A stretch of DNA of 27,145 nt from an uncultured Bacteriovoracaceae bacterium (GTDB taxonomy: Bacteria > Bdellovibrionota > Bacteriovoracia > Bacteriovoracales > Bacteriovoracaceae), in the NCBI GenBank assembly GCA_964342535.1, contig CAYFHZ010000001.1, positions 1 through 27,145 of the forward strand, in the 5' to 3' direction. The notes under the pieces were generated by a model. The model had not been told where the DNA came from and did not search any database. It saw only the letters and a program-made list of their open reading frames with translations. Shown here one piece after another: positions 9,173 to 18,269 of the stretch. The position numbers and the translations under genes were made by a program. Within the stretch, counting starts at the first letter, position 1. The number at the start of each line of letters is the position of its first letter.

Positions 9173-10433
9173 AAACCTTATAATAGAAATGATTAAATTC
9201 TCTTGTTGTTTCTGACCTTAGAAATTCATTATGCCTGAGGTATTGCTCATTAGTCATTTGAACCATCACATCTGTACCCCCTTCATATGCGGGTACTGAA
9301 ATATCACCTATCTTCTTCAGCCTCTCACTGACAGCTTCTATCGATAAATATTTTTTTGCAGTATTCTCAATTTCTTTACAGTTTATTTCTTTATTTGAAA
9401 AATTTTGAATTGCATTTTGTAAATCATTCTCATCTAAAACTGGTAACTCTTTTCCAAGCTTAACCGGAACAAAAATTAATTGGTCTTTTATTTCTTTGAA
9501 ATTAAAAGAATAATATCCTGCCCAATCTGTAAGAATAAGTGGAAGGCCACAACATAAAGCCTCGGCCACCGACATCCCATAATCTTCATCGTGATATGTA
9601 CTGAAACTAATAAATGCATTTGCTGTATTATAATATTCAACGAGAACATCATTTTTTAAGTTACCAGTTAAAATAACTGAGTCACTTATATCATCGTATT
9701 CTTCTAAAATATGTTGAATACTTCGGTAGTACTCACCTTGTAGTTGAGTATAGCTCAAGTATGGCTGACCTAAATTATCACACTCACCAATTAAAATAAG
9801 ATAAGAATTTTCACCTATTTTTTTATCTCTTTTACAACTTAGAAATGTAGACACAAGCTCTACAATTCTTTTTTGGTATGAGAGCCTTCCTGTATAGATA
9901 AAAATTTGTGCATCTTTTGCTATTTTAAGTTTTGCTCTAAGTTCACCATTACCTTCTTTATATCGGAATTTTTGAGTATCCACTGGAAATGGACTAACTT
10001 GAATTAATTCTTTTTGAGCTACGTAGTTAGCAAGGTAATTTGCTTGTCTCTCAGAAGCTGTAATGTATTTTACCCTTAATCCCTTCATGATTTGATTAAA
10101 CGAACGCCATTCTGTTAAGTATAAAGGATAATCTCCAAACACATGTACTGTCATTTCTGGCCATGACGTTTTATCACTTTTTACACTCATTAATCTTTCA
10201 ATAAAAGTAATTGGAGTTGGTTTGTGGTCAATAAAGATAAGTCTATCAATTTTCTCTGTGAAAATTAACTTTAAGTCGTTAACACTGACTTCTCTATATC
10301 GCGTATAATCAATGTGGAGTACATTTTCTTTCCCGTATGCAAGTTCATACGCTGTGATTAAGTTACGACATATAACTGTGCAACTAAACCAATCAGATTC
10401 TTGAAAAGAATAAACGAGGGCAATTTTCTTCAT
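9153..10433 (-). CDS. Glycosyltransferase, GT4 family (GT-B fold)
   Basis: FIYTGRLSYQKRI and the E-x7-E motif EDYGMSVAEALCCGLPLILTD. Confidence 0.9.
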   Translation of the reverse strand: MKKIALVYSFQESDWFSCTVICRNLITAYELAYGKENVLHIDYTRYREVSVNDLKLIFTEKIDRLIFIDHKPTPITFIERLMSVKSDKTSWPEMTVHVFGDYPLYLTEWRSFNQIMKGLRVKYITASERQANYLANYVAQKELIQVSPFPVDTQKFRYKEGNGELRAKLKIAKDAQIFIYTGRLSYQKRIVELVSTFLSCKRDKKIGENSYLILIGECDNLGQPYLSYTQLQGEYYRSIQHILEEYDDISDSVILTGNLKNDVLVEYYNTANAFISFSTYHDEDYGMSVAEALCCGLPLILTDWAGYYSFNFKEIKDQLIFVPVKLGKELPVLDENDLQNAIQNFSNKEINCKEIENTAKKYLSIEAVSERLKKIGDISVPAYEGGTDVMVQMTNEQYLRHNEFLRSETTREFNHFYYKVYDAYIK

Positions 10434-10521
10434 CTTAGCTAATCAATCTTGTATATATTTAATTATTCTTATACTCTAATAGAGTTTATCTACTCAAAAG
10501 CATTAAAACAACAGGATTCTT

Positions 10522-13083
10522 ATGAATATAGAAAATACAGTTCTCAATAATGGTTTAAAAACACTGTTTATTGATTCACCAAGCTCAAATGTTACGACAG
10601 CACAAATTTGGTTTAAAGCAGGAAGCTCTTTAGAGAATAAAACGAACATGGGAATTGCACATTTTCTTGAACATATGTTTTTTAAAGGATCAAAAAAATA
10701 TCCTTCTATGAAAATTGCTAAAACTATCGAAAGTTTTGGTGGTGAAATCAATGCTTTCACATCATTTGACTATACGTGCTACTACATTAATGGTCCTGCC
10801 CATGAAGTGGGTACCATTGTAGATGTTTTACTTGATATGGTAAGTAATCCTCTTTTTCTAGAAGAAGATCTCATTCCTGAAAGAGGAGTTGTTTTTGAAG
10901 AATATAGAAGATCAATTGATAATCCTTCACAATTTAATTTTTTTAAAATACAAAATGCATCATTTCCTAAAGGGTATAAACATCCCATTCTTGGAAGCGA
11001 AAAAACCATAAAGAATTTTTCAATAGAGCAATTAACAGAATTTAGAAACAATTTTTATAATTTAGAAAATTCTTTATTTGTGGTGGCTGGAAATTTAAAG
11101 AATAAAGAAAAGATAAAGAAAAAAATCAATCAATTCACTTTGCCTTCAGGAAAAAAATCAAATTTTCCTCAATTCAAATTAAAAACAAAATCAACTATTG
11201 ATATACATTCAAAAGCAGTAAATCAAGCAACTGTCACACTTAGTATTCAAGCCCCTGATTATTCCCACCCCGATGGAGCAGCAGAAGACTTGGCCATAAA
11301 TACGTTATGTTATGGTGATATTTCGCCTTTATACAAACACCTCGTAGCTGGTACTTCGCTATGTAATAGTGTTAGTGGTTCAACAATGTTTTTTTCCAAC
11401 GGTGGATGTCATTTTATAAGATTTGCAACTCCATTAGAAAATTTAAAAGAAACAATGAAAGAGCTACCAAAGGTTCTTGCAAATGTTTTTAAAAAGGGAC
11501 TAACTCAAGACTCAATCGATCGAATTAGAAATCAATATATTGCTTCTAAAATATATGAGAAAGAAACCATAGAATCCTATGCATTTGCACTAGGACATGG
11601 ATATGCACAATCTGAAGATATTCATTGCGAGGATGAATTTATAAAAACAATGAAAACAACTTCAAGAGCTCACGTTCAAAAATTACTTGCTGATATCTTT
11701 AAAAGAGAAATTCATATAAGTGTACAATTACCTCAAAATTCTACTCTAAAAAGCATTAAAGAAAGCACTGAAAAACTCAAACTCGCACTTAATCAAATTG
11801 GAACAAAAGAGTCTGAAAAGATTAATACTCTACCTTTAGAAACTTCAAAATATGATTCTGAAGTTAAAACTATTAATTTATCACCTGGAGTAAAATTACT
11901 TTACAGACAAAACTTACTCACACCAACTTTTGCATTTCATGCTTACCTCAAGGGAGGATTGAGCGCTGAAAGTGATGAAATTAATGGTGTATACAATCTC
12001 ATCGCTAAAAATATTACATATGGCCATAAAGAGATCAATTATGAGGATCTTAAAAGTGAACTTGAAAAAAAATCTTCGTACATAAATGGTTTTTCAGGTA
12101 GAAATGCGTACGGTATAACTCTCCATGGATTAAGTGAGCACTCATCATTTCTTATTGGTAATTTTTTGAAACTACTGACTCAACCAAAGTTTCCCAACCA
12201 GTATTTTAAAGTAGAGAAAGAATTAGTAAAAAGATCCATTTTTATACAACAAGAAGATCCTGTTAAACATTGTTTTAAAGAATTTAATAAACTTGTATTC
12301 AACAAACATCCATACGCAAAAGAGATGATTGGTACACCTAAGAGTATTAGTAAAATTACAAGAAAAACTCTCGAAGTAGTTCATCAAGAAAGGTTAAGAC
12401 AAAGTGAAATCGTACTAACTTATTGTGGTGACTTAGATTTAGATACCGTTTTGGAGTACATTAGACCTTTATTAAATATTCAAGATCGAAAATATAAAAA
12501 ATCTAAGACTAAGAAGCAGTCGATACAACCACTTAACGGCGAATTGATTCAAATTCCTTTCGATAGAGAACAAACACATATTATGATTGGTAAACCTTCA
12601 TTTATGGTTGGTTCTGATGAGGATCTTTACTTAAAAATGTTTACAACTTTTTTGGCGGGTCAATCGTCCGAGCTATTTGTAGAAGTTCGAGATAAAAAAG
12701 GTTTGTGCTATAGTGTTCAACCTCTTCAAAACACATCGCTAGAAGCTGGGTACTGGGGAATATATATTGGCGCCGGACATGATAAAGTTGATCTAGCCAT
12801 TGATGCGATAAAAGCTATTTTGGATAAGTATAGAAAGAAAGGTTTTACTCAAAGAGAATTTAATGAAATAAAAAAGATGATTAACGGGCAAAATTTAATA
12901 AACTTACAGACCAATGAAGATTATGCTCACTTTTACTCTATTGCGATCTTACATAATCTTGGAATTGATTATCAACATATTGGTTTTGAAAAGATCAAAA
13001 ATATGGAGTTAGCTGATTTTAATAAATTCCTAGCTGAATTTCTTATTGATGAGTGGAATATTGTTAAGGTTGGAAGACTTTAA
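10522..13083 (+). CDS. M16 family zinc peptidase (insulinase/PqqL-like, fused halves)
   Basis: Inverted zinc motif HFLEH, NAFTSFDYT, ERGVVFEE and C-half VRDKKGLCY. AGGA SD; no signal peptide. Confidence 0.93.
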   Translation: MNIENTVLNNGLKTLFIDSPSSNVTTAQIWFKAGSSLENKTNMGIAHFLEHMFFKGSKKYPSMKIAKTIESFGGEINAFTSFDYTCYYINGPAHEVGTIVDVLLDMVSNPLFLEEDLIPERGVVFEEYRRSIDNPSQFNFFKIQNASFPKGYKHPILGSEKTIKNFSIEQLTEFRNNFYNLENSLFVVAGNLKNKEKIKKKINQFTLPSGKKSNFPQFKLKTKSTIDIHSKAVNQATVTLSIQAPDYSHPDGAAEDLAINTLCYGDISPLYKHLVAGTSLCNSVSGSTMFFSNGGCHFIRFATPLENLKETMKELPKVLANVFKKGLTQDSIDRIRNQYIASKIYEKETIESYAFALGHGYAQSEDIHCEDEFIKTMKTTSRAHVQKLLADIFKREIHISVQLPQNSTLKSIKESTEKLKLALNQIGTKESEKINTLPLETSKYDSEVKTINLSPGVKLLYRQNLLTPTFAFHAYLKGGLSAESDEINGVYNLIAKNITYGHKEINYEDLKSELEKKSSYINGFSGRNAYGITLHGLSEHSSFLIGNFLKLLTQPKFPNQYFKVEKELVKRSIFIQQEDPVKHCFKEFNKLVFNKHPYAKEMIGTPKSISKITRKTLEVVHQERLRQSEIVLTYCGDLDLDTVLEYIRPLLNIQDRKYKKSKTKKQSIQPLNGELIQIPFDREQTHIMIGKPSFMVGSDEDLYLKMFTTFLAGQSSELFVEVRDKKGLCYSVQPLQNTSLEAGYWGIYIGAGHDKVDLAIDAIKAILDKYRKKGFTQREFNEIKKMINGQNLINLQTNEDYAHFYSIAILHNLGIDYQHIGFEKIKNMELADFNKFLAEFLIDEWNIVKVGRL

Positions 13084-13637
13084 GAAATTTTTCTCTTATC
13101 TTCAGCTCTAATAATAACAGAATTTAATTCAGTTTTATTAATTAAATAGTCTTCAAAGGAATTATAATTTAAAGATTCTGATGCTGTTTTAATTACATTT
13201 AAAATAGCATCGAGAGAAGTCGCAAATTTTTGGTAAAAGTTTGGTATGTCATAAAACGTACAATCTAGATTTTCCATATGGATATAGGCACTTCTACCTA
13301 AATTTAAATAGTAGCTTCTCGATGGAGCTCTTCTTTTTTGTTCACTTTTAAAAAAGCCAAGTTGGACAAGTACACTATCTCCAACATCTTTTAATATTTT
13401 CTTTTTTTCATGATCAGGTTTATGATGAGCTTCTAAATAATTTATTCCTAAAACTTTTTCACTTACTCCCGATTCTGTTTTTTGAAAAAAGTGACCAGAA
13501 AGAGAGTATTGGTTTAATACTTCTGAACTATACAGAATAAATTCTTGCGGTAACGGACAAAGACATTTTTTATTAATCTCGTCTAGATTTTGATAGAAAA
13601 ATTGAGTTAAACTTTTAGTAGTATCTAAATTCCCCAT
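13080..13637 (-). CDS. Conserved hypothetical protein (start at 13637 preferred over 13646)
   Basis: LKDVGDSVLVQLGFF...YYLNLGRSAY resembles a widespread uncharacterised helical family (GD..L...GFF...YY...G..AY). An extended -10 overlaps the first ATG and points to the second ATG as the start. Confidence 0.75.
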   Translation of the reverse strand: MGNLDTTKSLTQFFYQNLDEINKKCLCPLPQEFILYSSEVLNQYSLSGHFFQKTESGVSEKVLGINYLEAHHKPDHEKKKILKDVGDSVLVQLGFFKSEQKRRAPSRSYYLNLGRSAYIHMENLDCTFYDIPNFYQKFATSLDAILNVIKTASESLNYNSFEDYLINKTELNSVIIRAEDKRKIS

Positions 13638-13644
13638 TAAATAC

Positions 13645-13653
13645 ATTATAGCA
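13645..13653 (-). promoter_or_regulatory. Extended -10 promoter TGCTATAAT, 7 nt upstream of the ATG at 13637
   Basis: Exact TGnTATAAT consensus; no SD before the ATG. Confidence 0.55.
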
Positions 13654-13690
13654 GAATAATATATGCCCTGCGCAACCAGGAAAAAAAGTC

Positions 13691-13715
13691 AAAAAAAGAC
13701 CTCTAAAGAGGTCTT
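13691..13715 (-). terminator. Intrinsic terminator of the carboxylase operon
   Basis: Minus strand AAGACCTCT-TT-AGAGGTC-TTTTTTT, just after the biotin carrier stop. Confidence 0.8.
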
Positions 13716-13729
13716 AAGTTATTAATTTT

Positions 13730-14224
13730 TTATTCTTCCACTTCAATCATCAAGTAACCTGATTCTAGGACCTGACCTTCTGTAATATGCACAGCTTTGA
13801 CAATGCCATCAATACCAGCTTTAACTTCATTTTCCATTTTCATGGCCTCTAAAATGACCAGTGTATCACCAGCTTGAACCGTCGCTCCTTCAGTTGTCAT
13901 AACCTTTATGACCTTACCTGGCATGTCAGTTACAAGATCTCCTGCATTTGCATTAGAAAGTCCAGAAGGTTTAAAACCTCTATAAACATTAAGACTTTGA
14001 TTTACACTAACAAGTCCTGACTTAGACTTTAGTCTTGGTAGTTTCATCCAATGCTCATTATCTGTTGAAACATAAGATTTACCAGCTAGGTTTTTTACGT
14101 AGAAAGATCTTTGAACTTCCGAACCTTCTGCAATTTGAATTTTTTTAGTTTTGCTTTCTTCGGCAACAAAAGAAACATCAAATGACACTTCTTTGCCTTC
14201 TGAATTTATGATGTAATATTTCAT
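13730..14224 (-). CDS. Biotin carboxyl carrier protein with N-terminal extension
   Basis: Biotinylation motif LEAMKMENE preceded by DMPGKVIKV; ATGA overlap with the upstream gene. Confidence 0.92.
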   Translation of the reverse strand: MKYYIINSEGKEVSFDVSFVAEESKTKKIQIAEGSEVQRSFYVKNLAGKSYVSTDNEHWMKLPRLKSKSGLVSVNQSLNVYRGFKPSGLSNANAGDLVTDMPGKVIKVMTTEGATVQAGDTLVILEAMKMENEVKAGIDGIVKAVHITEGQVLESGYLMIEVEE

Positions 14225-15645
14225 TCTCTCATTCCCTCTAACTCAATTGCGATTGCTTTTAAATATAAGTCTTCATCGCTCGCTAAAGCCTCAACTCTCT
14301 CTTGAGGTTTAACCTCTGAAATATAATTGGTTGTATACGTTCCGGCCACGAATTTTTCTTCTTCTATAATAATTTCATGAAGCTTTGTGTTTGTTTTTAT
14401 GCCATCAATGTAAAGATTTTTAATCGCATTCTTTATTTTTCGCATTGCAACTTTTCTGTTTAAGCCGTGTACTATGAGCTTTCCAATCATAGGATCAAAG
14501 TCTGGTTTAACTTCGAAGCCATTATAAATACAATGATCAAATCTAACACCTTGCGGAAAAGTATATTCAAAAGCAGCTACTTTACCTGGCGCAGGAAGCA
14601 TTGTTACAGGATCTTCCGCACAAATACGACACTCGATAGAATGGCCAGTTATCTTTAAATCTTCTTGTCTTGAAAAATCTAATTCTTCACCAAGTGCTGA
14701 CTTAATCATATTAGCAACAAGGTCTACACCAGTAATAAGCTCTGTTATAGGATGCTCAACTTGAATCCTTGTATTCATTTCTAGAAAGTAAAAAGATTTA
14801 TCTTCACCCATTATAAATTCAACAGTTCCAGCTGAGTCGTAATTCACTGCTTGTGCCAAGCGAACAGCTGTTTCACATATCTCTTTTCTTAATGCTTCAT
14901 CATTCCCTATAAAAGGAGAAGGAGCTTCTTCGATAATTTTTTGATGTCTTCTTTGAACAGAACATTCCCTTTCAAAGCAGTGAAAGATATTACCTTTTTT
15001 ATCTGCAATGATTTGTACTTCAATATGATGAGGATTAACAATAAACTTTTCAACGAGAACGCCAGGATTTCCAAAGCTTGATAAGGCTTCCCTTCTAACT
15101 GCTTCAAAGTTTTTTTCTAATTCATCTTCTGAATTACAAACTCTCATCCCTTTTCCTCCACCTCCAGCTACAGCTTTTAGTAAAACGGGGTACTTGATAT
15201 CTGCAGCTATTTTCTTTGCTTCTTCAGCAGACTCAATTTCTCCAGTAGAACCTGGAACAACAGGAACTCCTGCATCTTTTGCCATTTGTTTTGAGATAGC
15301 TTTATCACCCATCTTTTCAATGGCAAATGAATTTGGACCTATAAAAAGAACTCCTGCATCCTCAAGTTTTTTTGCAAATACAGTGTTCTCGCTTAAAAAC
15401 CCATAACCAGGATGAACAGCATCTATTTTATATTCTTTGATCAATTCTAATATTTGATCCATATTCAAATATGTTTCAGTATTATTACTTCCTTTAAGAT
15501 GTAGCCAAACATCACAATATTCTAAATGAGGAGGTTCTAATTCGTTGTCTGTCCAAAAGCCAACTGCTGTGTGCCCTAGCTCTCTAATGGCCTTCGCAAC
15601 CCTAATTGCAATCTCACCCCTGTTACATATAAGTATTCTTTTCAT
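14221..15645 (-). CDS. Biotin carboxylase subunit of acyl-CoA carboxylase (AccC/PccA N-terminal-like)
   Basis: Motifs ILICNRGEIAIR, HPGYGFLSEN, GGGGKGMR, ERECSVQRRHQK and EMNTRIQVEHP. Confidence 0.95.
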   Translation of the reverse strand: MKRILICNRGEIAIRVAKAIRELGHTAVGFWTDNELEPPHLEYCDVWLHLKGSNNTETYLNMDQILELIKEYKIDAVHPGYGFLSENTVFAKKLEDAGVLFIGPNSFAIEKMGDKAISKQMAKDAGVPVVPGSTGEIESAEEAKKIAADIKYPVLLKAVAGGGGKGMRVCNSEDELEKNFEAVRREALSSFGNPGVLVEKFIVNPHHIEVQIIADKKGNIFHCFERECSVQRRHQKIIEEAPSPFIGNDEALRKEICETAVRLAQAVNYDSAGTVEFIMGEDKSFYFLEMNTRIQVEHPITELITGVDLVANMIKSALGEELDFSRQEDLKITGHSIECRICAEDPVTMLPAPGKVAAFEYTFPQGVRFDHCIYNGFEVKPDFDPMIGKLIVHGLNRKVAMRKIKNAIKNLYIDGIKTNTKLHEIIIEEEKFVAGTYTTNYISEVKPQERVEALASDEDLYLKAIAIELEGMRE

Positions 15646-15659
15646 GATTTACCTTTTTG

Positions 15660-17222
15660 TTATAGAGGAATGTTTCCATGTTTTCTTTTAGGTCGAAGTG
15701 CTTTTTTATTTGATAGAAAGTCTAAATATTTAGCAATTCTTTCTCTAGTGTCTTCAGGAAAAATAACTTCATCGACATATCCTAAACTTGCAGCCTTATA
15801 TGGGTTTGCAAATTCATTTTCATAATTTTCAACAAGTTCTGATTTCTTTTTATCAAAGGCATCACCTTCTAAACCCTTAAGGTCATTTCTGAAAATAATA
15901 TTAACTGCCCCATCTGCTCCCATAACAGCAATTTCACCGCTAGGATAAGCTAAATTAATGTCTGCACCAATATGTTTTGATGCCATAACATCATAAGCTC
16001 CTCCATATGCTTTTCTTGTAATAAGGGTAATCATTGGAACCGTTGCTTCAGAATATGCATATAATAATTTTGCTCCATGCCTAATAATTCCACCATATTC
16101 TTGTACTGTACCTGGTAGAAAACCTGGGACATCAACTAATGTTAAGAGTGGTATTTCAAAAGCATCACAAAATCTAATAAACCTTGCAGCTTTAGATGAA
16201 GCATCTATATCTAAACATCCAGCTAAAACTTGTGGTTGATTGGCCACAATCCCAACTTTATAACCACCGACTTGTGCAAATCCACAAATAATATTTTTTG
16301 CAAAGTCTTTTTGAACTTCTAAGAAATGTTGGTCATCAACAACTTCCATTATAAGCTCTTTCATATCATATGGTTTTTTTGAATTCTCAGGAACAAAGTC
16401 TTTTAACTTTGTATTTTTTCTTTGAATAGAGTCAAAACTATGAGATTTATCTTGCTTTTGAAAGTTCCCACTTGGAATAAAGTGCAATAACTCTCTTACT
16501 CTTTCTAGGCAGTCATCTTCATCTTGACACAAAAAATGTGCTACACCTGATTTTTCATTATGGGTATGGGCACCACCAAGCTCATCCTTGGTTACTTCTT
16601 CATGAGTTACCGTTTTTACAACTTCAGGACCAGTAACAAACATGTAAGATGTTTTATCAACCATAAAAATAAAATCAGTCATTGCAGGTGAATAAACAGC
16701 TCCCCCTGCACAAGGTCCCATCACTAAAGAAATTTGAGGAATAACTCCTGAGGCCTTAACGTTTCGATGAAAAATATCTGCGTATCCTGCAAGCGACTCA
16801 ACACCCTCTTGAATTCTAGCTCCACCAGAGTCATTGATCCCAATAATAGGAATCTTATTCTCAATGGCAAAATCCATTATCTTACAAATTTTTTGAGCGT
16901 AAGCTTTACCCAGAGCTCCCCCCCAACAAGTAAAATCTTGAGAAAAAACTGCTACTTTTTGTTCATTAATTTTTCCAATTCCTGTAATAACACCATCGCC
17001 TAAATATTTAGTCTTTTCCATCCCGAATGAATTACAGTTATGCTTAACAAATTTATCAAACTCAATAAAAGAATTAGGATCTAAAAGCCTAGTTATTCTT
17101 TCCCGAGCTGTATATTTACCCTGATCATGTTGTCTTTGAATTCTTGCTTCACCACCACCAAGATTAGCTTCTTGAACAAGCCCGCTTAGTTGAGAGCGTT
17201 TCTCCTCATTGGAAATAGCCAT
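15660..17222 (-). CDS. pccB: Acyl-CoA (probably propionyl-CoA) carboxylase carboxyltransferase beta subunit
   Basis: [47 protein letters not shown] and C-terminal [15 protein letters not shown]. Confidence 0.9.
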   Translation of the reverse strand: MAISNEEKRSQLSGLVQEANLGGGEARIQRQHDQGKYTARERITRLLDPNSFIEFDKFVKHNCNSFGMEKTKYLGDGVITGIGKINEQKVAVFSQDFTCWGGALGKAYAQKICKIMDFAIENKIPIIGINDSGGARIQEGVESLAGYADIFHRNVKASGVIPQISLVMGPCAGGAVYSPAMTDFIFMVDKTSYMFVTGPEVVKTVTHEEVTKDELGGAHTHNEKSGVAHFLCQDEDDCLERVRELLHFIPSGNFQKQDKSHSFDSIQRKNTKLKDFVPENSKKPYDMKELIMEVVDDQHFLEVQKDFAKNIICGFAQVGGYKVGIVANQPQVLAGCLDIDASSKAARFIRFCDAFEIPLLTLVDVPGFLPGTVQEYGGIIRHGAKLLYAYSEATVPMITLITRKAYGGAYDVMASKHIGADINLAYPSGEIAVMGADGAVNIIFRNDLKGLEGDAFDKKKSELVENYENEFANPYKAASLGYVDEVIFPEDTRERIAKYLDFLSNKKALRPKRKHGNIPL

Positions 17223-17247
17223 AAAACCTCCATTTTACTATGTGGTA

Positions 17248-17276
17248 TTTATACCCCTATAAAAACAGGTTTTCAA
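17248..17276 (-). promoter_or_regulatory. Putative sigma70 promoter of the carboxylase operon
   Basis: TTGAAA-N17-TATAAA upstream of the GGAGG SD. Confidence 0.4.
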
Positions 17277-17921
17277 TTATGGGCGTGTTGAAAGAAATGA
17301 TCTTGTATTATTTGTCATGGGAACCGCATTCTTTGGATCTATTGTAGGCTTAACATTTACCAACAATGATTTTAACTCAATGCTGTAATTATTGCTGCTA
17401 ACTGTCGTAGACTTTGAAACTAGCTTTACCAATCCTATTGGTTTCACTTTTTCCGAAATCCAGAAATCTACTGTTTGACCATCATTCGTTTTTCTATAAT
17501 GTTTAGCTTTTATTGTACCTGCTGGCAACTCAACTGTTTCAAGCCCAATAAAATTCTTATTTAATTCACTTTCTTTTAAAAATATAAAACCTTGAACTTG
17601 AATCACTTTAATAACGTAAAAGAAATCTCTCGTCATAATTTCTGGCTTGAGTTCTTTGTTTGCCAAGAAATAACCATTTTGAATAACAACACCTGTATCC
17701 TTTTTAACATCAAGTGAAAATTGCATCCAAACATCGCTTCCTAGCAGGGTTTGTGCATTCATATGATATTCAATTGATACTTTTTCTTTTCCGGAACTAG
17801 CAAAATATATATCTATATTTGTCTTAGCTCCACTTGCCGACATTTCAAAGGTAGAACCTTGACCTTTCGTAAATGCGAAAATTTTCAACGGAATGAGTAA
17901 AAGAATTAATACTTTAAACAA
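17277..17921 (-). CDS. Secreted beta-rich hypothetical protein, DUF3108-like motif
   Basis: TTG start directly after the upstream stop, signal peptide (ending IFA), and ETVELPAGTIKA...VDFWISEKVKPIGLVKL resembling the E.V.VPAG.F motif. Confidence 0.7.
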   Translation of the reverse strand: MFKVLILLLIPLKIFAFTKGQGSTFEMSASGAKTNIDIYFASSGKEKVSIEYHMNAQTLLGSDVWMQFSLDVKKDTGVVIQNGYFLANKELKPEIMTRDFFYVIKVIQVQGFIFLKESELNKNFIGLETVELPAGTIKAKHYRKTNDGQTVDFWISEKVKPIGLVKLVSKSTTVSSNNYSIELKSLLVNVKPTIDPKNAVPMTNNTRSFLSTRP

Positions 17922-18269
17922 TTATTCTTCCATTATCTGGTCAAGAATCTTTTGCTGTTCTTCTCTATTTTTCTTATAAGCTTTAAGCTGATTCATTATT
18001 TCGGCTTGTTGTTCACTACTAATTGTTCTGCTTGTTGGCTGGGAGTTGCTACCAAGCTCTTCGTTTTTCTTATCTATTACTTTTAACCCTGAACTTGGAT
18101 CAGTAGAAGGCTTAGAATCAATATCCGAAACTTTACCTTCCAATTTTTCAACTCGACTCGTTAATGCATCTATTTGCTCTTGCATTTTATCTAGTTGCTT
18201 TAATCTATATGTCTTCGCCCCAACATTGAAGCTGAGACTAAGAAATCCTAGGAGTAATAATTTTTTCAT
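17922..18269 (-). CDS. Small secreted coiled-coil protein
   Basis: Signal peptide MKKLLLLGFLSLSFNVGA and a heptad pattern (MQEQIDALTSRVEKLEGKV). TAATG overlap with the regulator. Confidence 0.75.
   Translation of the reverse strand: MKKLLLLGFLSLSFNVGAKTYRLKQLDKMQEQIDALTSRVEKLEGKVSDIDSKPSTDPSSGLKVIDKKNEELGSNSQPTSRTISSEQQAEIMNQLKAYKKNREEQQKILDQIMEE

Noticed and set aside
6654..10433. Possibility that the glycan module is a mobile island
   Set aside because: No integrase, transposase, tRNA or flanking direct repeats were seen, and I could not compute a GC shift.
10463..10475. Small inverted repeat ACTCT-AAT-AGAGT near the middle of the GT/peptidase spacer (position approximate)
   Set aside because: 5-bp arms in AT-rich DNA are expected by chance.
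10503..11051. 85-aa and 89-aa minus ORFs
   Set aside because: Antisense to the catalytic N-terminus of the M16 peptidase.
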